Positions 41,647 to 54,298 of a DNA stretch of 64,000 bases are shown in pieces. The stretch covers positions 123,256,001-123,320,000 of the forward strand of contig NC_043000.1 in the NCBI RefSeq assembly GCF_006345805.1, written 5' to 3'. Each line of letters opens with the position of its first letter. The stretch's first letter is position 1. The stretch is from Octopus sinensis. Its lineage: Eukaryota. Below the pieces are notes generated by a model. That model made no database searches. It was not told the origin of the DNA and worked only from the letters and a program-made list of their open reading frames with translations. The position numbers and the translations under genes are program-made.

Positions 41647-42962
41647 GTAACTAATTGTCACCAACCACTATTTGCTAATAGTCCTTTATGTGAGTATGCT
41701 GACTAAGTTATTCCCTCTGTACAACAAATACATGGGAAATTTTGGATAGTCTCTTAGTCACATTGATATATTTGCATAGAAACTGATTTCAGTCACCTTT
41801 ACAAAAGCATACATTCAGAACTTTTGTTTACTAATAAACGTATTAAACACTAAACCATTATATATTTAGTGAAATACATAATAGTTTATTCAAGTGCTAC
41901 GTTTTGACTTTTTAATGGTTTCTATAGTCTTTTTGTATAACAAACGTTTTTAATCACAATTGTTTTGACATATTTACACTTACCCTTCACTATGTGTTTC
42001 ATAGTTAAATTAACTGATCAACAACTAAAAGATACTAAAACACATATAGTTTATTTTAATATGCTGTATGAAGAACAAATTGCATATAAAAGAATTCTGA
42101 AGATTATGTTTCACATTTTAGACTATTCTCAAATTCATTAAAATAGACAACTATGATAAAGGAAAAGATGAGTGTTTAATTATTTTATAAAATTCACTGA
42201 TATGAAAGTTTGTCTACAATTTTCAGCAGAATATTTATTTATTTCTTAATAAGGATTCTCACATAGAAATCCAAATAGCAAAACATACCACACATAACTT
42301 ACTGTGAAGGAATTTATTTTTGGATTGAAAAATTTGATGCAAAGGGAGAAAATACAGACAAGATTTAAATCATTATTTTAGAATTTATGTACTTAATAAT
42401 TTAGCTGTGAAAACCATACTAAATTCTAAGAGCAAAAATCTGTGCAAGTTTGCTATGTCCAGCTGAATTAAAAGCTTATACTATCATCATTTTTATAAAA
42501 CTAACTATATGAGTAAAATATTTTATATACATTATTTTGAAATAGTGAAAAAATAAAAATTTTCCCTATTTAAAAAACAGTGCAGAAAATCAGGTGTATA
42601 TTACCAACAAATAGTCAGTATCGGTAATATATATATAACCGCTACAACTATTTATTATTGTATTATTTCTATTTTATATTCCTCAAATACTTAATTTATA
42701 TTTCTATATGCAGTTTTTGTCATGTAAATAATATTTATCAGTATTTATTTTAAAAAATTCTATTGTATTAATCTTTCAATTAAATTTCTTTCGTCTAACG
42801 CTCTCTCTCAAAACGTTGACTAATCCAGTTGTTTGCTTTTTTCACATTCAACAAATTCACATGGTTTTTGCATTAAAGTTATTTGAGGAATATATATACT
42901 TATATTGATATTTTCTTTTTTTTTTCTTTACTTTCTGTTTTCTTGCTTGCCAATTTGCCCAG

Positions 42963-42998
42963 TATCTTCATGGTATATTGGGGAAATTCTAGATCCAG
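42963..42998 (+). CDS. Candidate 36-nt neurexin SS4 cassette exon (VSSWYIGEILDP)
   Basis: About 50-nt polypyrimidine tract with three TGC motifs before cccAG; CAG|GTAAAT donor; 3n, stop-free in phase 1, ends in G; protein-like composition. Confidence 0.7.
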
Positions 42999-43563
42999 GT
43001 AAATCCACTTCTCCTCAGATATAAGATGTTACGTTTTACCATTGATAGCTGTATTATTTCTTGACTTCTCCCTCAATCATTGTCATCACCATCATCATCA
43101 TTCTCATCATTCTTATTTTCATTATTATTAGTTATCTTAAATAATTATCATTATTCTCAAAATTTTATCACAGTCATCTACTTATATCGATATCATCATT
43201 ATTATTTTAGTCACTTATTACTATTGGCATCATTATTAACTCCAGAGCTTCCATTACTACTTCCTTAAACTGTATATCAGGTTTATCAAAATTCATCGAC
43301 AGGGCTTTACTTTCATTTTCATTAATAAAATATTGTTTCCATTATCTCAACCATATATTTTTAGATCCTTATTAGCTTGTACTTTTATACTTAGCAAAAT
43401 ACTCATTAACATCACAATTGGTTATAAATTTTATTAGTAATCAACTAAAATAAGTAGATAAGAATTCAGTCTACTAAAACCATTTTCTTATGAACTTTTT
43501 AATTCAATGACAATGCTTCCTCTTCCATTAAAACTTATCTGAATATTTACCTATTTCTCTCAG

Positions 43564-43569
43564 GTGCAG
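43564..43569 (+). CDS. Candidate 6-nt microexon (GA)
   Basis: tttacctatttctctcAG|GTGCAG|GTAGCT; 3n, phase 1. Very short, so weak evidence. Confidence 0.35.
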
Positions 43570-44571
43570 GTAGCTTTTTTCTTTTTCATTATTTTTAAGC
43601 AGTATTATCACACATAAATATGGCATATGAAATAAAATTAACAATAGTTACATGAATTAGATATAATATTGGTATTATGCAATTCTAATACCTCAAACTT
43701 TCAAAGGAAATATAATTTCAATTGATTAAAAATTTTGTAAATGGATAAAAAAGAATTTTGATTATCTTTTTCAAGTTTCCAACATTAAAACTGTAGCTAT
43801 TTGATGAACTGCATAAATGTTTATTTATGCAAAAAAAAAGTCTTCCAGTTTAAATGTAATGTTTACCTTTATATAGTACATATATATATTTAAAAAATGT
43901 ACAAAAATAACCCATAGAAGTAAAATCTGGTTTAAATTCTGAATAGCAGTTATTTTTCCAGTTTGTAATTCTCCAAGTAGATATATCAAACTGAATCAAT
44001 GAGAGTTCCTCTATATCCTAACCTGACCAACTAAGAATAGTACTCAAGTATTGCTCAAATCATAACCTACCAACTTATACTGATACTGTCAGGAAAAAAG
44101 ATAAATCCGTCACAGTAGGTATGCCTTTGATTGTAGGTCTGCTTGATCTGGGATAGTATGAAGCTAAAAACAAAAACAAACAATAATTTCATATGTAAAT
44201 TAATGAATTCATAACTCTTTAAAAGCCAAATGCCTTAAATACTTTGTAATTCTTTTTACCTAACTTCTATGCTGTATCATATTCATCTTTAATACAAAAG
44301 ACTTTAGGTTTCTTGAAGTTTCATGAAAAAGGTTTCATTCACATTCATGTCAAATAAGTAAAAGTGCCAACTTTTATTTTATAAATAGATGTGGAAGTGT
44401 ATATATTTTAATCAGTGTTGACTACACTAATTATAGCTAAGAATTTCTTTATTGAACAAAAGTATGCTATGAATCATTCAGATATTTTCAGATTAGATGA
44501 CATACATCACATACTTTAAGATTTCATTGTAGATTGCAATAACTAATGTACATATATATATATATTATATA

Positions 44572-44646
<75 letters not shown>

Positions 44647-44647
<1 letters not shown>

Positions 44648-45283
44648 CATCATCGTCGTCATCATCGTCGTTTAACGTCCGTTCTCCATGCTAGCATGGG
44701 TTGGACGGTTCGACCGGGGTTCTGGGAAGCCAGAAGGCTGCACCAGACTCCAGTCTAATCTGGCAATGTTTCTACAGCTGGATGCCCTTCCTAACGCCAA
44801 CCACTCCGTGAGTGTAGTGGGTGCTTTTTATGTGCCACCTGCACAGGTGCCAGGCGGGGCTGGCAACGGCCACGGTCAGATTGGTGTATTTTATGTGCCA
44901 CCGGCACGGAAGCCAGTCGAGGCGGTGCTGGCATTGGCCACGAGTCGGATAGTGCTTTTTACGTACCACCAGACCAGGGATCCTGGCTGGTTCAATTCGA
45001 TTTCGATTTCGCTTGCCCCAACATGTCTTCACAAGCAAAGGGGGTTGGCATGGGTGCCTGTCGTACGGTCGCATTGGAGTATTTTACGTGCCACGGCCAC
45101 GAGTCGGATAGTGCTTTTTACGTACCACCAGACCAGGGATCCTGGCTGGTTCAATTCGATTTCAATTTCGCTTGCCCCAACATGTCTTCACAAGCAAAGG
45201 GGGTTGGCATGGGTGCCTGTCGTACGGTCGCATTGGAGTATTTTACGTGCCACGGCCACGAGTCGGATAGTGCTTTTTACGTA
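44647..45283 (-). mobile_element. RTE-related 3' UTR fragment with an internal 159-bp tandem duplication
   Basis: Reverse complement matches the 3' end of the 32.7-35.1 kb RTE (ttggcgttaggaagggcatccagc...catgctagcatggagaacggacgttaaacgacgatgatg); gccacgagtcggatagtgc recurs at 44937, 45096 and 45255. Confidence 0.9.
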
Positions 45284-45286
45284 ATG

Positions 45287-45357
<71 letters not shown>

Positions 45358-45364
45358 ATATATA

Positions 45365-45399
<35 letters not shown>

Positions 45400-45400
45400 G

Positions 45401-45435
<35 letters not shown>

Positions 45436-45534
45436 GTATATATATGTATATATGTATATATATATATATGTGTGTGTATATATATATATCTATGTATATA
45501 TATATATATCTATATATATATATCTATCTATCTA

Positions 45535-45586
<52 letters not shown>

Positions 45587-45686
45587 GCATAGATATATAT
45601 CTATATATATATGCATAGATATATATCTATTATATATATGTGTGTGTATATATAATATATATCTACGTATATATATATATTATATT

Positions 45687-45772
<86 letters not shown>

Positions 45773-46732
45773 ATATATGTATGTATATATATGTGTGTAT
45801 ATATATATATTAAATAATTGATAGGGAAGACAAAGTGTACTGTAAGCTTTATTTAGCGTGACGATTGTTTCAGCTTACATCTCCACTGCTCCCTTGTGGA
45901 TGGGGAATGATATAATGGAATCGAATGCACCCCATACCATATGATAATTGGTCATTGTTGTCTAAGGTAAGATGTATCAATATATATCTATCTAACTTAG
46001 GCTGTAAATTTGATACATTGCCCAGTTTAGTATCACTACTTGGTTGCCCTACTGCAAGTATTTAGGACAGCTGTCCAGTTGAAGAAAAGTTTTCTCCTTC
46101 TCACCAGTCAGAGTGGTCCTGAAATGAAAGTTTCATTGGCACTGATCTATGTTGTTATAATTTATACTAGCAGTTAAATACATTTTCTATTTCTAGCTTC
46201 CTATGTCAGATAATTTAATATATAAGTGGATCATGAGGAAAATCTTTACTCTGCTGATAATGTATCCTACTTCAATATTACATTTTTTTGGAAAATATAT
46301 CTAATGTTCATCGAAACATTTGTCATAATTGTTTTGGTTTCTTCTAATCATTATAAGACATAGTTTTTGTAAGATTGATTAAAACATAACTAACCACACC
46401 ACTTTGAGGGATTTTTAGGTATCAAATTTTATCATTAAGACCAATCTTCAAAATATATTATTTAAATGAAATCTATCAAATACACAGAAAATAAACAAAA
46501 TGTAAATTTTGCAAGTAGTCTCCACATTCTTTTGTGAGCATTCAATGGTCACTTTAAAAAATAACATTGTAGTGTTTGAAAGAAGTGATATACAAAATAA
46601 GATTAGATGAAAAAATGATTTAAATACTTGAATGTTATAAATATTTGAATGGAAGGAGAATTTGAGCAGAAGCAATAGCAACAGTAAGAGGAAAAGAGAG
46701 TTTTAAAAAAGAAGTATATGTTGTGTGTAGCT

Positions 46733-46959
46733 TTAACCCATTAGCATTCAGATTACTCTGCCAAATGTAATATTTATGTATTCCCATTATTTTGAATTAA
46801 TCATTCATTATCTCATGGCTTCTAGATTTCAATGATGTACTGTTCACCTTTAGAACGATAGTGTAGGGTAGGTGTCAGAGGCTGGATCTGGCTGGTTTGA
46901 ACATAAAACAGGTTGAAAATTCAGGCTGGATATAGCTGGTTTAAATGCTAAAAGGCCAA
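46733..46959. mobile_element. Short non-autonomous piggyBac-like MITE; second decayed copy at about 16973-17191
   Basis: Starts TTAA-CCC-attagcatt and ends aatgctaaaaggccaa (degenerate inverse); internal ttttgaattaatcat...gatttcaatga...ctggtttgaacataaa shared by both copies. Confidence 0.6.
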
Positions 46960-48362
46960 TGATAATATTAAGAGGGCTTTGAAGATAGGGAAATAAAGAA
47001 AACTATATTGATTTATGCCATACACTTAAGTTTTGTTTCTACTGATCAATAAGTGTAAATTTATTCATTTGATCAGTTTATTGTAACAATCCTAAGAACT
47101 GATAACATGAATGCGATTGATCTGAAAAAGCAAAAGAAAATGAAAATGAATTGTAGCAGGAAACTTATGCTAACTGTGATATGCCTTCCCAGACATGATC
47201 ATATAAGTATACACCCTTTCAAAACTTCTGTTGGTTTGGTAACTTTTATCTTCATTGTGTAGAAAATAACTTTACAGTTAATTTTTCATATATTTTTCAC
47301 AGAAAGGATTTTTATATAGCATCTTGAATCAGTTCTGGATCTGGATCTAGAAAATGTAAAACAGTTTAAAATTATTTGACAGTGAAGTTATGCATGTTGT
47401 GAGTGTGTGCATGTTATAACAATAATCATATGAACTAATTGGCTAGTAATAGTCTTTTTTAAAGTGAATCCACTGAAAGATCCCACTCAAGAAAAAATTA
47501 TTCTACTTCATCTTGCTGTTTCAACAGATGCCTCTGTGTGTGTGTATGTGTGTGTTTGTATGTTTGCATACGTGTGTATTTGTGTTTGTGCATTTAAGTA
47601 TCTTATCATGCCACACACATATATTTATATAAGTTTATATGTGGGCATGTGTGTGAGTATGTTTGAGAATTTAGTATGTATAAATACTGTGATACAATTC
47701 ATTAGAGATTTAATCTTGATACATAGTGTCAAAGCATCAGTCAGAAAGTAATTATTCTATTAAAATTGTTAGGCCACATTTATAAACATGCAAACTAACT
47801 TTTTAGAGAAGTAAAGTAGCAGTAATATGTTAATGTTTATCCCTAACATATGAGCATTGAATGATGGGAAACAGTTCCCAGCAAGAACTAAACTAAAACG
47901 AAGCCATATTTAACAGTCAACTGAAATTTACGTTTGCAGTACTTATTGTTGTGAATATAAGAAGTTTAGTTCTTATTTACAGAAGGCATAAAATAGCATG
48001 CAAATAGTATATTTAGACATGTATTTTCATATCTACAGAACTCTGATTGATGATCATGTGTGTCATTCATTGTCTCTCTGCAAATATATTCTAAATAATA
48101 TATTGAATATTCTTTTCTTTCACATCTATATGTATGTGTGTATATATATATATGTATGTATGTATGCATATACATGCATATAAACACACACATATGTATA
48201 TGTGTATATGCACATGCTTGTATAATATGTATATGTGTGTGTTTGTGTGTGCATATATATATATAGATATATAAATGTATGCACACAGACATGCATATAG
48301 TATATACGTGAATGTAATGAGTGGGAGTATGTATTTATATTTGATATGCACATAGAAATATG

Positions 48363-48410
<48 letters not shown>

Positions 48411-50010
48411 AACTATTATATCATGAAGCAATCATAGTAACTATTTAGAGGGCATATACATTGTTACTTGAGATATTAGATTGTTTACAAAATATTTTTG
48501 GAAACTATTTATACTTCAATTGAGAAAATTTATTGAATACTATTCAAATATCTATTTTTTAAGATAAAATTAAATTAAATTTATAACAGTTGTTTTCTGA
48601 TAGGGAGATTTTAGAAAATATGTTTTCAAGATCATTAGGAAAATAATAATTAGACATTCTTTTATTATTCAATTCTTATAATATCCATGTAAGTGTCAAT
48701 TGCATTGGTTGTTTTTCTTCGTATACTCACTAAAACAAAACTATGACTTTCATAACTGATATTTCTTTTTAGTTTATGTTGTATGTATATGTTAGTCAGT
48801 ATCATTGTCATATCACATTTCTCTTGCACTTGGCCAAGTAGGCTGTCCTTTTTGCACTGCACCATTAATGTCTTGTCTGTGAACTTAATTCAGTGTAAAA
48901 ATGGATGGAAATAACTGACTAACTTTCTCTTGTAATTCAGTTTAGGATATAGCCACATAGATCCTAAAAAGTTTCTTGCAGGAGATTCAGACTATGATTC
49001 TGCTCTCTGCTAAATTACATTTAGTAAATAGACATATTTGTATTTTAGTATTTTTCTTCTTTTTTAAGTTCCTTTTCCATTAACAAATCCTATTGCTTTT
49101 TCTTCATCTTGTTCCACATCTTTCTCTGTTACTCTTTCTCAGTCTCTAAGTATACTTCTTGTATATTTACATTTTCGTGTGCATTATTTCCTTATCATTC
49201 ACACATTTTCGTAATTTTAATGTGTCACTACTTCATATTGCTCATAGATTAAATGTGTTCTTAAATAACTATGCATACGATATTTTTACTTTCTTTTTGT
49301 CTAGTATTTACCAATTCATATTGGTTTGTAGTCAATGAGTTTTTTGAATAGAGTCCTTATAAAATATAAAATTCTATAAATAATAGTTTTTAGTTATATT
49401 TTTCAATTATAATATTTGTTATATTCAAATATAAAAATGAAATTATTATATCAGGCCAATAAAAATCACTTACGTAATAGATCAGTGTTACATAGACTTA
49501 TTTAAAATAAATAAACATTTTGTATCTCATTAGAAACAAATTCTTCTAAATCTTTTGGGTAGTAATGCTAATCTATTCCGAATTCTTATAATGACAGAAA
49601 ATAGATTTTGGTTAAGGATTACAAATCATTATTGATTTTTTATGCATTAATTTTTGGTATAATGAATTAATGTGTTATGAAATTTTCATTTGTAAACTTC
49701 TTCATTAAAAAAATTTCATACAATTGTAAAATTCCAAGGTTAAGCTATCAAACTACCATAAAACTAATCTATTGATCAGTTACACATAGTGTTCATAGCT
49801 GAATTAAGAAAAATATATGATGAAAAAATTGTGAGAAGAATTATATGAAAGCAAAACCCTTTCCAAAATCAATTCCTTTGGATGCTTATAACTGATTTAG
49901 AAATATGTCTCCCTATATTACATTACACCTTGTGATTTGAATTCATTTAAAGTCTTCTTGCATATGAGTATTTCAGTTTACTATATAAATTATCCATCTT
50001 GATTTTATAG

Positions 50011-50025
50011 GGAAAAACAGTGCAG
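50011..50025 (+). CDS. Candidate 15-nt microexon (GKNSA)
   Basis: tatccatcttgattttatAG acceptor, CAG|GTGAAA donor; 3n, stop-free. Confidence 0.35.
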
Positions 50026-50513
50026 GTGAAATATGGTTTAGAATTCATTCATAAAATATCAATTCATCATTTTAGAGAAAACATCTTTCTTTTTTTGTAT
50101 ATAATTTAGTTCCATTTATCCTGAAGTTTATATAAGCATCTATTAAAGTAATATAGTCTTCTCTCTATAGACCTATAGCATTTTAAGGAAAGTGTTATTT
50201 TTAAGCAAATACTCTTAGGCTGTTATTTATCTGCCTGGTTTTCAAATATGGCAAAAACAACAACAAAATATATCCCTTAAATTACTTTAATTTTCAATAT
50301 TTTTTAACAAATCTTTTTCATATTTTGATTTATGTTCATGGCACCTCAATCACGAGTTTCTCATCACACACAATTTATTATTTTCTATTTCTAAGTAATT
50401 TCTTTTTCACCTGTTTTCCTTTATTTTTCTTCATTTCATAAAATTGTATTATTTTTTCATCTTACTTAGATTGTTTATGTAATAATAATAATGATGATGA
50501 TGATAATAATAAT

Positions 50514-50565
<52 letters not shown>

Positions 50566-50568
<3 letters not shown>

Positions 50569-51092
50569 GCCCTGATGCAGTACCAGGCAGTGGCTCCCAT
50601 GGCTTCTGACCTTAACTCATTGGAAGTGATATCATATACATTGTTTTGTCTTGGTATAAAAGATGGGCTACATAAATATCCTGCTCAATACAACAGATTT
50701 GTTTGTCAGCAGTTTGACCTTAACCAACTGAGCATGTCTGTTCATGGCTGAGGATATGTGCATCTCTAGTCACGAACAGAAGTAGTAGGGGAGCATCATA
50801 GCCATGTGTTGAGGAATTCTTTGTGGTTTGAATAATTCACCTCTGGAAACATGGCTGCTTCATTCATCATCCTTAAACAAACCTTATTCGGGGACCTTTT
50901 GAGTGGGATGGGCTACTCAACCTGAAGAAAATTCTAACTGGACCCCACCTGCAAGGTCATGCACTGTTTATATTGATATAAGATCACCATGTTGCAGACA
51001 TGTGGTTATGATGCATGTGCCTGGTGGGTATATTGGGCATTATATAATTGTACCTCAAAGTCACTTTGATGGCATGCACTGCTCTCTCACTC
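50566..51092. mobile_element. About 525-bp non-coding interspersed element embedded in an (AAT)n array
   Basis: Sharp GC-richer island with (AAT)n on both sides; no ORF. Interspersed-repeat status is inferred. Confidence 0.6.
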
Positions 51093-51390
51093 AATAATAA
51101 TAATAATAATAATACTTATATTCAGACACATATACATGCACGCACACACACACACACACACACATGTATATGTAGCCACACTAGTGATGCATTTTCCACT
51201 TATTTACAGTTTCCCCTTAAATAAATTTTTAAAATAATCTACTGTACTTGAATCAATTGTTCCTTTGATACTTTTTAGTCAAAAATATTTGTGTATGTGT
51301 ATACCACATATATATATGTGTGTGTGTGTGTATATATATATACATATATATGTACACACATATATATATATATTTATTTATACTTATACA

Positions 51391-51452
<62 letters not shown>

Positions 51453-51806
51453 ATTACTTCTTCTGTCATCTCTCTCTCTATCCTCTATTTACTTCCCTTA
51501 GTCACAAGGCTTTGAATGAATGGAGATGCAAAAGGGGTGAAAGCGCCATTACTCAAAGTCATGCAACCTCTTGTGTTGATGCCATGATAAAAGGACACAG
51601 TAAACTCTGTAAAGTGGTTAACATTAGGAAGAGCATCCAGCCATAGAAACTATATCAAAGTTGGCTCTTTGACTTGACTAGGAGAGTAATAACTGGTTTG
51701 GACCTTGATAACATATCCAATCCATGTCAGCATGGAAAGCAGACATAACTGCTGGTGATGATGCTGATAATATATATGTATATATATATGAAAATACGTG
51801 TGTGTG

Positions 51807-51843
<37 letters not shown>

Positions 51844-52539
51844 AATACATATTTATAATATATATACATATATAATACATATATATTTATATTTATTTAT
51901 ATATATGTATATATATAATGCATATTATATGTATATTTGCTTTACATGCATGTACAAATACACACACATGCACGCACACACACATATATATATATATAAG
52001 TCATAAGTTTCAGTATTAAATCATAGTGGATTGAAAAATTAGTTTGTAAAAATAAAATCTTTATTTTAAGAATGGTTTTAAATATCTTCCATTAGTTTCA
52101 GTCCAATAAGCTCGTAGTTTGAATGTTTCTGAACTATCTTTTCTCCATAGAATTTATTTTTATATCTCTTCACTATATTTCCATAGGTATTAGTTGTGAT
52201 TGAAAATAGTATTTTTTACTTTACTTTTTATAATAAATACCAGTGATATCTATTATACCTCAGTGTATTTTATTTTTCTATGCTATTCCAATCACTTTTA
52301 CAATTTAAGAAATGTTCATAGTGGTAGTATTGTACTCTGGTTCTTAAGATCTGTATCTAGGTTTCCATGATCATCATGTGTAACTATTTTAAAGAAGCAG
52401 GCAATCATGGACTGCAAAGCTGTTCTCAAGCCATGAAGAAAATCCAGACCCACAGAAAAACTGTAACTACAAAGAAATGCAGCACCATTAAAAAAATAAG
52501 GAAACACCAATGAAGACAAGAAATCCGGCAGCTATACAT

Positions 52540-52623
<84 letters not shown>

Positions 52624-52641
52624 CATACATATATATATATA

Positions 52642-52678
<37 letters not shown>

Positions 52679-53587
52679 CACATTCACATACATAGTCCCA
52701 TTCCTTGCTATCCCTTCTGTGCTAATTACTGAAATTATTCTATATACTAACTTTCATTCTTGTTTGTTACTCACAATGAGTGAAACAACTCTTGTACATT
52801 TATTAGTGTGCATCATATTTTTATAAGAAGTCAAATGTGTATCTTGTTGTAATCTTATAACCACTGTCTTTAATGGCATTTTGCCATTTCCTGTTGTGTA
52901 GTCATAATTCTGTGTTATCATAAATTCAACAAGAAGCAATGATTTCTTTAGGTGTTTCATAGAATACTTGGAAAGTAAAAATAATTAAACTAAAAAATAT
53001 AGATTGACCATAAGGTGTTTGCATTAAAAACCACTTATGATGTTTATTGAATAAAATTACGTTTATAAAGATTAGTACATAATTTTAAAATAAATAGTAT
53101 TTTTGTAAGGAAAATAGTGAATAAATGATAATAGCATTAGAAAAAAACAATATCTAATTATTCTACTTCCTTAGTTAAATGGATGAAATTTTACAATTTT
53201 ATATTCTATTGTAAGATTTTATAGTTTAGTGTCAAAAGCTGAGGTTGTATTTACTATTTATTTTACATCTATTGGACCTAATTCTTATGGAAATTTCTGA
53301 AAGTTTTAATACATAATTTAACTTCAAAACATACTCCTTTTGATAGATAATACTTTTATCTATGTTTTGTACTTAAAATAGCAGAATAATTACCACTACT
53401 CTTCCTTTGATATTTTACATAAATGTTTTTAAGATCTAACTTCTGTTGGTCAAGAGTTCTTTTGAAAAGATACTTATATATTCGTTTGGTCATCACAATA
53501 ATATTTTGACATTTTTGTTTTTGCTTATCAGCTACCACCCTATTAATTCCTCACTTATTAAGCTTGTGTTCTTGTCATTGTTTTTGT

Positions 53588-53627
<40 letters not shown>

Positions 53628-54029
53628 GTTGCTACTGGTACGCTAATACCACTACTCTTACCTATTCCAGTATCATAAAGACACTAGTATTCCCATCAAT
53701 TTTAGCAGTAGTGCCACCATTTTTAGTGGCAAGTAAAACCTAGTTCAATGCGCCTTCTTTAAACATAGAATTCTAAACCAGAGACCATAACAAGAAGATA
53801 TCAGAGTAATCTGTGGGATTAATCCTTGGTTGATGTCTCACTGTTGGGACCATTTCAATATAAATATCCTTACATTTTATTTAAATAAATAGTATAGTTA
53901 TTTATTTATTATCTATTCATTTATTTATTTATTTATTTATTGTACATTTTCATTGCATTCATTGTGAAGATCCTGCCATTTTGTAATAATCATCCATTTG
54001 ATAATAAAGAACTCATTAATATTATCATC

Positions 54030-54225
54030 ATTTGTAGTAGTGATGGTGGTGGTGGTGGTAGTAGTAGTAGTAGTAACACCATCATTCTCATTATTACTAT
54101 TATTATTATTATTATTATTACTATTATTATTATCATTATTATTATTACTATTATTATTATTATTATTATCATTATTATTATTGTTATTATTATTACTACT
54201 ACTACTACTATTATTATTATTATTA

Positions 54226-54262
<37 letters not shown>

Positions 54263-54298
54263 TACTACTACTACTATTATTATTATTATTATTATTAT
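54030..54298. repeat. Compound (GGT)(AGT)(ATT)(ACT) trinucleotide array; also (AAT)n 50478-50565, (TAC)n 53588-53630, (CT)n 7097-7182, (AGAT)n 10758-10821, (CA)n 51387-51450
   Basis: Direct reading. Confidence 0.97.

Noticed and set aside
45874-45966. 93-nt AG...AAG|GTAAGA segment close to the vertebrate SS4 size
   Set aside because: In-frame TGA at 45942-44 in phase 1; probably a repeat remnant.
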